Below, one piece after another: positions 55,710-64,000 of a stretch of 64,000 nt of DNA. Position numbers and translations under genes: made by a program. Each line of letters opens with the position of its first letter. The stretch's first letter is position 1. The stretch is taken from NCBI RefSeq assembly GCF_051058965.1, contig NZ_CP183924.1. One strand, given 5' to 3'. Source of the stretch: Corallococcus exiguus (GTDB lineage Bacteria > Myxococcota > Myxococcia > Myxococcales > Myxococcaceae). Below the pieces are notes generated by a model. It had not been told where the DNA came from, searched no databases, and worked only from the letters and a program-made list of their open reading frames with translations.

Positions 55710-56765
55710 ATGGCGAACATGGCACAGGCCATCCGCATGGCCCTGCACTACGCGGAAGAGAACCTGGGCGTCACCGACATCTTCGGCGAGGACGTGGGTG
55801 CCCCGCTGGGCGGCGTCTTCACCTGCACGCAGGGCCTGAAGACGGCGTGGAACAGCCCCCTGGACGAGCGCGGCATCATCGGCGCGGCCATGGGCCTGGC
55901 GATGGCGGGCCACCGCCCCGTCGCGGAGATCCAGTTCTGCGACTACATCTACAACACCATCGACCTGCTCAAGCTCGTGGGCAACACGCACTGGTCCACG
56001 AACGGTGACTGGTCCGTGCCCATGGTGGTGCGCACGCCCGTGGGCAGCGGCATCCGCGGGTCGCTGTACCACTCGCATTCCTTCGACGCGACGATGACGC
56101 ACATCCCCGGCTGGAAGGTCGTCATGCCCTCCACGCCACTGGACGCGTACGGCCTGCTCATCTCCGCGTGCCAGGAGCCCAACCCCGTCATGTTCCTGGA
56201 GCCCAAGGCGCTCCTGCGCGTGAAGGGCGACGAGCGCATCCCCGGCGAGCCCGACGACGACCGCGCGCTGTCGAAGATGATCGACGCGCCCCTGGGTGAC
56301 CGCTCGCAGTGGAAGCCCCAGTGGCCCCTGGTGGAGGCGTTCGCCATCCCCATTGGCAAGGGCAAGCTCGTGCGCGAGGGCACCCAGGCCACGGTCATCA
56401 GCTACGGCCGCACCATGCCCCTGTGCATCAAGGCCGCCGCCCAGTTGGAAGAAGAGGGCCTGAGCGTGGAGGTCATCGACCTGCGCTCGCTCTGGCCGTA
56501 CGACTGGGAGATGATCAAGGCCTCCGTCCAGAAGACGGGCCGCGTGCTCTTCGTCAACGAGGACACGGAGGTCACCAACTTCGGCGAGCACCTGGTCCGG
56601 CGCACCGTGGAGGAGCTGTTCTACTCGCTGCTCGCGCCGCCCCGGCTGGTCGCCGGCAAGTTCGTCCCGGGCATCGGCCTGGCGGACGCGCTGGAGATGG
56701 CGTCCGTGCCGCAGCAGAACGACGTCACCACCGCCCTGCGCAACCTCTGCCGCGAGCAGCCGTAG
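55710..56765 (+). CDS. 2-oxo-acid dehydrogenase E1 component beta subunit (transketolase-like)
   Basis: Transketolase pyrimidine-binding and C-terminal domains. It lies 2 nt after the E1 alpha stop. Confidence 0.9.
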   Translation: MANMAQAIRMALHYAEENLGVTDIFGEDVGAPLGGVFTCTQGLKTAWNSPLDERGIIGAAMGLAMAGHRPVAEIQFCDYIYNTIDLLKLVGNTHWSTNGDWSVPMVVRTPVGSGIRGSLYHSHSFDATMTHIPGWKVVMPSTPLDAYGLLISACQEPNPVMFLEPKALLRVKGDERIPGEPDDDRALSKMIDAPLGDRSQWKPQWPLVEAFAIPIGKGKLVREGTQATVISYGRTMPLCIKAAAQLEEEGLSVEVIDLRSLWPYDWEMIKASVQKTGRVLFVNEDTEVTNFGEHLVRRTVEELFYSLLAPPRLVAGKFVPGIGLADALEMASVPQQNDVTTALRNLCREQP

Positions 56766-56806
56766 GCGCTGGCCCGGGTTTCCGCCTACACCGCAGAAAG
56801 ACATCC

Positions 56807-56839
56807 GGGCCGCCGTTCCTCTTTGGAGGCCGGCGGCCC
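56807..56839. terminator. hairpin downstream of the E1 beta gene
   Basis: A 9-bp GC stem, gggccgccg / cggcggccc, with a 15-nt loop. Confidence 0.3.
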
Positions 56840-56882
56840 AGTCGTTAGAATCCCAACTTCCGTGTCCCAGCCCATCGTCCGC

Positions 56883-57356
56883 ACCATGACCCCCGCCCCA
56901 GACGCCAACGCCTTCCGCATCCGCCGCGCGCGTCGCGGTGACGCCGAGGTCATGGCCCAGCTGCTGCGCGAGCTGGGCTACCCCCAGGGCACCGATCAGC
57001 AGACGGTGCACTGGGTCATCAGCCATCCGGAGATTGAAATCTTCGTCGCGGGAGACCCCCAGGACCGCGCGGTGGGAATGGTGTCCTTCTCCCACCGGCC
57101 GCAGCTGCGGCTGCGCGGGCGGGTGGCCACCGTGGACGAGCTGGTGGTGTCCGAAGGCTGGCGCCGCCGGGGCGTGGGCCGCGCGCTGCTCGCGCAGGTG
57201 GCCCAACGGGGCAAGGTGCTGAGCGTGAAGCAGTTGCAGCTCATCGCCCCCATCAACGTCACCGAGGAGACGCGCGCCTTCTACCGGGCGTGCGGCTACG
57301 TGGAAGGTGACTCCGGGGTGTTCCGCCACGCGGAGTACGAGCAGCCCCAGCGGTAG
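56883..57356 (+). CDS. GNAT-family N-acetyltransferase
   Basis: The acetyl-CoA-binding motif VSEGWRRRGVGRALL. Start chosen at MTPAPDANAFRIRRA. Confidence 0.7.
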   Translation, partial: TMTPAPDANAFRIRRARRGDAEVMAQLLRELGYPQGTDQQTVHWVISHPEIEIFVAGDPQDRAVGMVSFSHRPQLRLRGRVATVDELVVSEGWRRRGVGRALLAQVAQRGKVLSVKQLQLIAPINVTEETRAFYRACGYVEGDSGVFRHAEYEQPQR

Positions 57357-57415
57357 CGGGAAGCGTCCGCGAGGGCCCGGCGTCCTGGCCGGGCTCCTTC
57401 GCGGAGTGAAGCGTT

Positions 57416-57772
57416 TCAGCGCTTGAAGCTCGCGATGACGCGGCGCAGGCGCTCGTGGTCCTCTTCGCTCACGTCGATGAAGCGCACGCCGATGGCCTCC
57501 GCCTCGTCGCGCACCCATGCGACGACGGCGGTGAGGTGGAAGTCCTCCCCGTCGATGACCATGGCCAGCCGCACCTGCGCGCCCACGTCGTAGGACTTGC
57601 GCGTGCGCAGGCACAGACCGCCAGCGGACACATTCAGGGAGTAGGCCCGCAGCGCGCGCGCCGCGTCCTCCATCTGCTCGAAGCGCACTTCGAACCGCGC
57701 CGCCACGCGCTCCTCGGCGCGACGGTTCATGTACGGGTCTGGCTCCACCGGCCCATCCAACTTCGTGTTCAT
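57416..57772 (-). CDS. PilZ-domain (c-di-GMP-binding) protein
   Basis: RRAEERV (the RxxxR motif) and NVSAGG (the D/NxSxGG motif). Start chosen at MNTKLDGPV. Confidence 0.65.
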   Translation of the reverse strand: MNTKLDGPVEPDPYMNRRAEERVAARFEVRFEQMEDAARALRAYSLNVSAGGLCLRTRKSYDVGAQVRLAMVIDGEDFHLTAVVAWVRDEAEAIGVRFIDVSEEDHERLRRVIASFKR

Positions 57773-57899
57773 GCGCACCCTGACCCCCTCGGTTCTCGGA
57801 CCGGAAGTGTCGGCTGGTTTCCAGGCCCGGTTCAAGGGCCCACGGACTACGGAATGGCTCGTGTAAGTCCCAGGCTACTTCGAAGCCAGGAGTTTCCGG

Positions 57900-58793
57900 A
57901 TGAGTGCACGTCTCGTGTTGTTGGGTGGAGCCCTGATGTTGGGGCTGTGGGTGGCGGGCTGCGATGACGGAGAAACTGTCCGCCCGCCAACGGATGGGGG
58001 CACGTCCCTGGATTCCGGGACCGATGGCGGAGATTCCGGGACTGTCGATGCTGGCGATGGCGGCGGCGGTGGAGGCTCCGACTTCGCGTGCAACGTGGCG
58101 AAGCAGGAGGGCTGTGCCGCGGGCCAGAGCTGTCTCTACTCGGACCTGGCGGATGGCGGCACGGGCAGTCAGTGCTTCGCGGCCGCGTGCGACGTGGTTC
58201 GCCAGGACTGTCCGTCCGGACAGCGGTGCACCTACGTGGGAACGGACGGAGGCACCACCGCGCGCCAGTGCGTCGCCGCGGGCACCTCCACGGAGGGCGC
58301 GCCGTGCACGCTGGCCGAGTCGCCTCCGGGCCAGACGTATGACACGTGCGCCGCGGGCCTGTACTGCAAGGACGAGTCGCAGGACGACGGCGGCACGGGC
58401 TTCTTCTGCCGCAAGCTGTGCCACGCGCCGTCCGACTGTGGCTCCGGCGAGTGCAACACCGTGCTGCGGCTGAACGGCACGCGAGAGCTGCCGCTGGTGT
58501 GTGGCCCCGCGTCCGCGCGGTGCGATCCGTTCGCGCAAGACTGCGAGAGCCCGCTGGCCTGCTACCCGGCCGCCAACGGCGCGGTGTGCGCGGGCCAGGG
58601 TTCGCTGCCGGAAGGCGCCGCGTGCGAGTTCAGCAACCAGTGTTCACAAAGCAGCACCTGCGTGATGACCGGCGGCAGCGGCACATGCCGGACGCTGTGC
58701 CGCCTGCCCGCGGGCTCACCGGGGTGTGCGAACGGCGCGACCTGCCGGGCCATCAACAACAACAACGGCGACGTGGGGGCCTGCGTCCCGTAG
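57900..58793 (+). CDS. cysteine-rich repeat lipoprotein (secreted, Gly/Asp/Cys-rich modules)
   Basis: Lipobox LWVAGC, then repeated C-x-x-G-x-x-C and DCxSG modules. There are about 40 Cys. Confidence 0.65.
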   Translation: MSARLVLLGGALMLGLWVAGCDDGETVRPPTDGGTSLDSGTDGGDSGTVDAGDGGGGGGSDFACNVAKQEGCAAGQSCLYSDLADGGTGSQCFAAACDVVRQDCPSGQRCTYVGTDGGTTARQCVAAGTSTEGAPCTLAESPPGQTYDTCAAGLYCKDESQDDGGTGFFCRKLCHAPSDCGSGECNTVLRLNGTRELPLVCGPASARCDPFAQDCESPLACYPAANGAVCAGQGSLPEGAACEFSNQCSQSSTCVMTGGSGTCRTLCRLPAGSPGCANGATCRAINNNNGDVGACVP

Positions 58794-59009
58794 GCAGCGG
58801 ATTGCCCACGGAAGGAAGCGTCCCCACCCGGGGTGGCGAGCGCGCGGGTCCGCCAGGGGCCCGGCCCGCCACCTCGTGGGGGAAGTCCTGCGCCGTCCGT
58901 GCCCGGCTGTTGGAAGTTCACGGTCCGTGGCGATTGGCTCGCGCCATGAATCCCCGGGTCGCCACGCGGGCACATCGTGCACATTGTCTTGCGCCGGGAG
59001 GTCGTGGGC

Positions 59010-60287
59010 ATGGGTCTGAGGATGGCGCTGCGCTGGGGGTGTTTCGGTGCCCTGAGCGTGCTGGTGGGGTGTGGAGGCATGGATGACGGCCGCTCGCCCG
59101 AGGAGTCCTCCGGGCCGGGCCGCACGGACGCGGAAGTGAACGCGCCCGCCGCCACGGAGTCCGTGGAGGCCGCCCCCACGCTGACGCTGCACGACGGACA
59201 CCAGGTGCAGGCCACTCCGCCCGTGGCGCCCCTGCCCACGCAGTTCCAGCCCGCCTTCCATCAGTCGCTGCGCGAATCCGTCTCCGTGGGGAGCTTCACC
59301 ACGTACCGGATCAAGGTGCCCCTGGGGCGCGCGGGCAGCCGCGTGCGCGTCACCTTCCGCTCCGGCGACGGCAGCCTGACGCTGCAGCGGGCCACGGTGG
59401 CGAAGGCCGGCGCCAATGGCGCGCTGGGCTCCGCGCCGGTGGCGCTCACCTTCGGCGGACAAGCGGGCTTCACCACGGGCACGCGCACGCTGGTGACGTC
59501 GGATCCCATCGCCTTCCCGGTGGGCTTCCGAGACGAGGTGGCCATCTCCTTCGAGGTGAAGGGCGCGCTGGGCAAGAGCCGCATCCAGGCGTTCCCGGAC
59601 AGCTGGATGAGGACCGGCGCCTTCGCGACGACGCAGGGCGCGCTGGGCGGCCAGACCTGGGAGTACGCCACGGGCGTTGCGACGGTGGACGTGGAAGGAG
59701 CGCCGGGCCGGGCCTTCGTCGCCATTGGAGACAGCATCACCGAGGGCTACACGGGCACGTGGAACGACACGCGCAACGCGTGGCCGTCCCGGGTGGAGAA
59801 GCAGCTCGGGGTGCCGGTGGTGAACTCGGGCGCGTCCGGGCAGGGCTTCTGGGACGCGACCCTCCAGCTGCCGCAAGAGGTGCTCTCCCTGCAGGGCGTC
59901 ACCGACTGCGTCGTCCTGCTGGGCGTCAACGACCTGGCCGCGGAGGGCATGACGGTGCCGAAGCTGCAGCAGCGCATGACGCAGCTGCTGGATCAGCTCC
60001 AGCCCATGTGCAAGCTGTGGGTCAGCACGCTGCTGCCCAAGGAGAAGATGGGCGCGGACGGCGGTGACTTCGAGCTGATGAAGGCCCAGCGCCACGAGTT
60101 CAACGCGTGGCTGCGCTCCCTGACGCGCGCGCAGATCATCGACCTGGAGGCCGTGACGCGGCAACCGGGCAACGTGGACCTCTTCATCGACGGACTGGAG
60201 GTGGACGGCATCCACCCGTCCGTGGAAGGCCACCGGGTCATGGCGGACGAGGCGGCGCGGACCCTCAAGGCGAAGGGCGGTCTGTAG
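59010..60287 (+). CDS. SGNH/GDSL-family hydrolase lipoprotein
   Basis: Lipobox LVGCG, SGNH block I AIGDSITEG, and block V DGIHPS. Confidence 0.8.
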   Translation: MGLRMALRWGCFGALSVLVGCGGMDDGRSPEESSGPGRTDAEVNAPAATESVEAAPTLTLHDGHQVQATPPVAPLPTQFQPAFHQSLRESVSVGSFTTYRIKVPLGRAGSRVRVTFRSGDGSLTLQRATVAKAGANGALGSAPVALTFGGQAGFTTGTRTLVTSDPIAFPVGFRDEVAISFEVKGALGKSRIQAFPDSWMRTGAFATTQGALGGQTWEYATGVATVDVEGAPGRAFVAIGDSITEGYTGTWNDTRNAWPSRVEKQLGVPVVNSGASGQGFWDATLQLPQEVLSLQGVTDCVVLLGVNDLAAEGMTVPKLQQRMTQLLDQLQPMCKLWVSTLLPKEKMGADGGDFELMKAQRHEFNAWLRSLTRAQIIDLEAVTRQPGNVDLFIDGLEVDGIHPSVEGHRVMADEAARTLKAKGGL

Positions 60288-60387
60288 CGCCTGCCCGGCT
60301 GGAAACCGCACGGAGGATTTGAATAGGTTCGCGGCCGTTGCGTCCAGGCGGTGTTCCCGTCTTTCACAACTCCCGGAGCTTTCCCCC

Positions 60388-60741
60388 ATGCGCGCCCTTC
60401 CCACCGCCCTCGTCGTCGCCTGCCTCGCCCTGCCCTCGCTCGCCCACGCGGCGTCGCTGCGGTGTGGCAACAAGCTCGTGTCGGAGGGGGCGTCGCAGGC
60501 GGACGCGGTGGCGAAGTGCGGCCAGCCCGTGTCGACCGAGACCAAGCGCGAGCGCGTGACCAACAAGTCCCGGGAAGGCAGGCGGGACGGGTCGCGCCGC
60601 GGGGATTCCTCCACGGAGTTCTCGACCTCGACCTCCGTGGAGGAGTGGACCTACAACTTCGGGCCCAACCGGCTGTTGCAGGTGGCCATCTTCCGCGACG
60701 GCCTGCTGGTGGACGTGCGCAGCGGCGGCTACGGCTACTGA
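60388..60741 (+). CDS. DUF2845-family small secreted protein (copy 1)
   Basis: A signal peptide (MRALPTALVVACLALPSLAHA) and the conserved LRCGNKLVSEGASQ...EEWTYNFGPNRL...IFRDGLLVDVRSGGYGY. Confidence 0.65.
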   Translation: MRALPTALVVACLALPSLAHAASLRCGNKLVSEGASQADAVAKCGQPVSTETKRERVTNKSREGRRDGSRRGDSSTEFSTSTSVEEWTYNFGPNRLLQVAIFRDGLLVDVRSGGYGY

Positions 60742-60840
60742 GTCCAGCGCCGCGCGATCGGGTCTTGGCGGTTGAATAGCTTCGGGTCCGCCACGTCCAG
60801 GCCGTGTTCCCTGCCTTTTCTCATCCTCGGAGCGTCCCCC

Positions 60841-61194
60841 ATGCGCGCCCTTCCCGCCGCCCTCGTCGTCGCCGGCCTCGCCCTGCCCTCCCTCGTCCAC
60901 GCGTCCGCGCTGCGCTGTGACAACAAGATCGTGTCGGAAGGAGCTTCGCAGTTGGACGCGCTGGCCAAGTGTGGGCAGCCCGCGACGAAGCAGAGCAGGA
61001 CGGAGTACGTGACCCACAAGGTCAAGGAAGGGGCGCGGGGTGAGACGCGCTACGGGGAGTCCTCCACGGAGGTCACGACCTCCACGACCGTGGAGGAGTG
61101 GACCTACAACTTCGGGCCCCACCGGTTGATACAGGTGGCCATCTTCCGTGACGGCCGGCTGGTGGACGTGCGCAGCGGTTCCTACGGCTACTGA
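60841..61194 (+). CDS. DUF2845-family small secreted protein (copy 2)
   Basis: About 75 % identical to copy 1 and 453 bp downstream. The upstream 70 bp is also duplicated. Confidence 0.65.
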   Translation: MRALPAALVVAGLALPSLVHASALRCDNKIVSEGASQLDALAKCGQPATKQSRTEYVTHKVKEGARGETRYGESSTEVTTSTTVEEWTYNFGPHRLIQVAIFRDGRLVDVRSGSYGY

Positions 61195-63098
61195 GGCCCC
61201 AGGTACTGCTCCAGTTGTTGGCGCATGATCTCCGGCCGCCGGATCAGCGCTGACCGGAAGAACAGGAGGTTCTCGCGCCAGCCCTCCATGGAGGCCGGCT
61301 GGCTCCAGCGCGCCACCTGGTCGGGCATCTCCAGCTCGAGCGCCTCCGCCGCCGCGTCCAGGGCCGCCGTCACCCGCTCCTCGGCGAAGGTGTGCTCGAT
61401 GTGCCAGAGGAAGCGCTCGATGAAGCGGGCCTTGAACTCCGGCGACTGGAGCAGGCCCCTCAAGAGCAGCGTGGACCAGGCCCCCGCATCCGACGTCTCG
61501 TCCAACACGCGCCCCAGGCTGTCGTGGTCCGGACCGTGGAACAGGGCGGCGTCCAGGTCGTACACGAGCCAGCGCCAACGGCCGTCGTGTCCAAGGGCCG
61601 CGCCCGGCTCCAGCTTCTTCGTGCGCAGCCGCCAGAACTTCACGTTGTTCTGCGGCCAGTCCGAGTTGCCCAGGTAGAGCTGCGCGACCTGGTATTCGAT
61701 GAAGTCCTCCACGTCCATCCGCGCGCGCACCCAGGCGGAGTGCTCCGGCACCGACAGGTCGTGCGTCGCCACGTAGTCGATGAGCTCCTGATAGGGCTGC
61801 TCGTCTCCCTCCTCCCCCACGTCCAGGACCCCGGCGTTCTCCAGGATGACCGCCTTCTTCCGGTCCACGCCGTAGTGTGACGCCAGGTAGTACTCGTCCA
61901 GGCGCTCGCGCAGCTCGTGCAGGCCCCAGTACTCGCCATTGAGGAACACGAGCGTGGGACGGCAGGCCTGGATCGCGAGCCGCGTCTCGGCCAGCAGGCC
62001 CTGAAGCATGCAGTCACGCAGCTTGGTGACGCCCTGGTCCTGTCCGGACGTGCGCGCGATCAGCCGGGTGAACTCCGTCACCGGGGAGCCGGGGAACACC
62101 GGCCCCGCGAACGTCTTCGGGCCATAGTCCTCCTTCGCGTACAGCCGCAGGCTCTTCTGCGGAAACGCCGCGCTGCCAGAACCGTGGATGCGCACGCCCG
62201 CGTCCTGGGCGAACACGCGCTGGCCGGAGGTTTCGAACCACTCCACGTGGACGGGGCGCTCCCACTCCTTGCCGTTCTGCATGTAGTTGGCCGCGAGCGG
62301 ATCATCAGGCCGGGCCTCGGCGGCGAGGCCGGGGACGTAGATGCCCGTCTCCGGGTCGAAGAAGTTCGCCGCGTCGGTGACGAGCGACAGCACCGGCAGC
62401 GTGTACGGCGCCCGGCCAATGACGAACGTGCGCGTGCGGACCGGGCCCACCGGCTCCGCGCCCGCGAACTGCCGGTAGCGCACCACCGCGACCTGGGGCG
62501 GCTCCTCCAGCGGCGCGACCCACCGCAGGACTTCCGGGGCATCCAGCGGCGTCGTGGGAACGAAGGACCACCGCGCCGGAGGCGTGGAGCGCGCCAGCAG
62601 CGCGATGGGGGCCGTGTAGCGCGACGACTCGGGCGTGGGCGTGGAGCCGTCCCGCGTGAAGTACGTCCGCAACCCCTGGGCCGTGGGCAACGCCAGCAGC
62701 GTCTCCGGTTGATAGAGCCCGGGCCGTGCGTCGAACGTCAGGTGCTGGAAGTCGACGCGGGCCCGCGCCTCGGCCCCCTGCCTGTCGCGCGCCACCACCT
62801 CCAGCGACAGCGCGCGCCGGCCCGGCCACCAGGGCAGGCTCCAACGGCCACTGTCGATGTCGGCATGGCCCAGGAAGCGCCCGTCCTCGTACACCTGCAC
62901 CCGTGACGGCCCGGCGTCGCTCGCCACCGCGCCGAACAGCCGGTGCGTGTCCGGTTCGTGCCCGTCGATGGTGACGCGAGGCCCGGAGGGCGGTGGAAGC
63001 TCGGCCTCATTCAGCCGCCGCTCGGGGGCGGGCTCACAGCCGGCCCCGGCGAGGAGGAGGAGACCCAGGACGAAGGACGCGAAGTGACGGAGACGCAT
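61188..63098 (-). CDS. CotH-kinase-family lipoprotein
   Basis: Lipobox LLLAGAGC, a CotH-like core (FLNGEYWGLHELRE...DDPLAANYMQNGKEWERPV), and about 630 aa, typical for the family. Its 3' end overlaps DUF2845 copy 2 by 7 nt in convergent orientation. Confidence 0.7.
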   Translation of the reverse strand: MRLRHFASFVLGLLLLAGAGCEPAPERRLNEAELPPPSGPRVTIDGHEPDTHRLFGAVASDAGPSRVQVYEDGRFLGHADIDSGRWSLPWWPGRRALSLEVVARDRQGAEARARVDFQHLTFDARPGLYQPETLLALPTAQGLRTYFTRDGSTPTPESSRYTAPIALLARSTPPARWSFVPTTPLDAPEVLRWVAPLEEPPQVAVVRYRQFAGAEPVGPVRTRTFVIGRAPYTLPVLSLVTDAANFFDPETGIYVPGLAAEARPDDPLAANYMQNGKEWERPVHVEWFETSGQRVFAQDAGVRIHGSGSAAFPQKSLRLYAKEDYGPKTFAGPVFPGSPVTEFTRLIARTSGQDQGVTKLRDCMLQGLLAETRLAIQACRPTLVFLNGEYWGLHELRERLDEYYLASHYGVDRKKAVILENAGVLDVGEEGDEQPYQELIDYVATHDLSVPEHSAWVRARMDVEDFIEYQVAQLYLGNSDWPQNNVKFWRLRTKKLEPGAALGHDGRWRWLVYDLDAALFHGPDHDSLGRVLDETSDAGAWSTLLLRGLLQSPEFKARFIERFLWHIEHTFAEERVTAALDAAAEALELEMPDQVARWSQPASMEGWRENLLFFRSALIRRPEIMRQQLEQYLGPQ

Positions 63099-63175
63099 GA
63101 GGGCCTCCGTCCTGTAGCAGACAATGCTTTGACCTCACACCGCCCTATGACACAGCGCGGCGGGAGCCCCCACCC

Positions 63176-63898
63176 TCAAGCGGGGGGCGCGGTGGCTTCG
63201 AGCAGGCCGTGCTTCTGGAGGAGCGCGGCCAGCGCGGGCGGCGCGAGCATCCAGTCCTCGCGCGTGGGCACCCAGCGCACGGGGGCTCCGGCGGCGGCGA
63301 GCCGCGCGTTCACCTCCGCGATCATCGGGGCGAAGGTGGGCTGGGGCACGTCCCAGCTCCCCACGCCGGCCTGGACCTCCACGGCGCCGGGCTCCACGCG
63401 CACCGCGGGCTGGCCCTGCACCGGCTGGATGACGAACCCCGGCAGGTACGGCTGCATGGCGGCGGACAGGCGCTCCAGCAGCGTCGGGTCCTCGAAGGGG
63501 TGGGCGCCCTCCAGGTCGAAGAAGGTGGGCAGCTGCGCCTGGAGCTCGTCGCGCAGCGGGTTGTCCTTGCTGTCGCGCCAGGCGTGCTCGGCCAGGACGC
63601 GGGCCTCGTGGGGGATGCGGATCTCCCAGCGCTCCAGCAGCGCGAGCAGCTCCGCCACGCGCTCCACCTCCTCCCAGGGCGGCTCCACGCGCGTGAGCCA
63701 GGACACCTCCGACACCGTCTCCCCCCGGCGAAGGCCCGTCACCCGGTCCCCCTTGCGCAGCTGGAAGGGCGGAGCCTGGGTGAACTCCGGATCCGGATAG
63801 AGGGCGGTGTGCAGCAACCCCGTCCCCTCTTCCGGGCGCACGCGCGCGAAGCCGTGCTTGGGGTTGATCTCCTCCACGACGAACGTGTCCTGGGCCAT
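63176..63898 (-). CDS. hypothetical protein
   Basis: 240 aa. GC3 is high and it starts MAQDTFVVEEINPKHGF. Confidence 0.5.
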   Translation of the reverse strand: MAQDTFVVEEINPKHGFARVRPEEGTGLLHTALYPDPEFTQAPPFQLRKGDRVTGLRRGETVSEVSWLTRVEPPWEEVERVAELLALLERWEIRIPHEARVLAEHAWRDSKDNPLRDELQAQLPTFFDLEGAHPFEDPTLLERLSAAMQPYLPGFVIQPVQGQPAVRVEPGAVEVQAGVGSWDVPQPTFAPMIAEVNARLAAAGAPVRWVPTREDWMLAPPALAALLQKHGLLEATAPPA

Positions 63899-63911
63899 GG
63901 TCTCTTCTCTA

Positions 63912-64000
63912 ACCGGTGTTCCGCATGCCCGCAGCGATGCCGTTGAGCGCCAGGAGGAGCGGCCGGTCGCACTCCGCGTCCCCGTCCCGCTTGCGCTTGA
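63912..64000 (-). CDS. 3' end of a gene continuing beyond the window (C-terminus ...DAECDRPLLLALNGIAAGMRNTG*)
   Basis: The frame is open to the window edge. The stop (cta on the plus strand) is at about 63909-63911. This is only a short fragment. Confidence 0.25.

Larger units (their letters stand above)
60300..61205 (+). repeat. tandem direct duplication (2 x about 453 bp), each unit containing a promoter region and a DUF2845 gene
   Basis: The 5' flanks are colinear: ttcgcggccgttgcgtccaggcggtgttcccgtctttc... versus ttcgggtccgccacgtccaggccgtgttccctgccttttc.... The CDSs are colinear too. Confidence 0.7.

Noticed and set aside
1-64000. Scan for rRNA, tRNA, CRISPR arrays and large repeats
   Set aside because: No cloverleaf-like tRNA candidates in the few intergenic regions longer than 150 bp. 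No spaced direct-repeat array. No rRNA-like low-GC conserved stretches. The only repeat structures are the IS inverted repeats and the DUF2845 tandem duplication.

Overview
High-GC (about 70 %) bacterial chromosome segment with the codon bias and gene content typical of a myxobacterium (Myxococcaceae-like). It is rich in lipoproteins and signalling genes: a Hanks-type Ser/Thr kinase, adenylate/guanylate cyclase (CHD) domains, TPR proteins, PilZ, a CotH kinase, and DUF4139 and DUF2845 families. The window is densely coding, with about 55 genes on both strands. I saw no rRNA, tRNA or CRISPR array. There is one mobile element: an 880-bp IS5-family insertion sequence with an orfA/orfB -1 frameshift, flanked by a CTAG duplication that contains the stop codon of the neighbouring desaturase gene. 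Housekeeping and metabolic genes include peptide deformylase (def), an Old Yellow Enzyme reductase, an MBL hydrolase, an FAD monooxygenase, the PitA/DUF47 phosphate-uptake pair, 2-oxo-acid dehydrogenase E1 alpha/beta, an Slt-type lytic transglycosylase, MenA and an M28 peptidase.

The most interesting accessory content is:
1. A minus-strand locus (about 42.1-54.1 kb) that links a HAMP-PP2C sensor phosphatase, a secreted TPR protein, a PhnD-like periplasmic binding protein, a TonB-dependent receptor, an RsbW-like GHKL kinase, and a (STAS-zinc ribbon)x2-Hanks kinase membrane protein. This looks like a partner-switching module with a Ser/Thr kinase output instead of a sigma factor.
2. A menA - multihaem lipoprotein cytochrome - lipoprotein - trihaem membrane cytochrome c cluster (14.9-20.5 kb).
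3. Three His-box membrane desaturases, a MaoC dehydratase, a B12-binding radical-SAM enzyme, and a desaturase/haem-oxygenase-like divergent pair.
4. A two-CHD NTPase-TPR signalling gene that appears frame-disrupted near 39.33 kb.
5. A small neighbourhood (39.9-42.0 kb) with a TIGR00725/LOG-like (SLOG) protein and a 101-aa protein with 13 cysteines and a strong SD.
6. A tandem duplication of a DUF2845 gene next to a CotH-kinase lipoprotein.

Coordinates follow the supplied ORF track. Internal start sites were placed by residue offset from the track and may be off by a codon or so.
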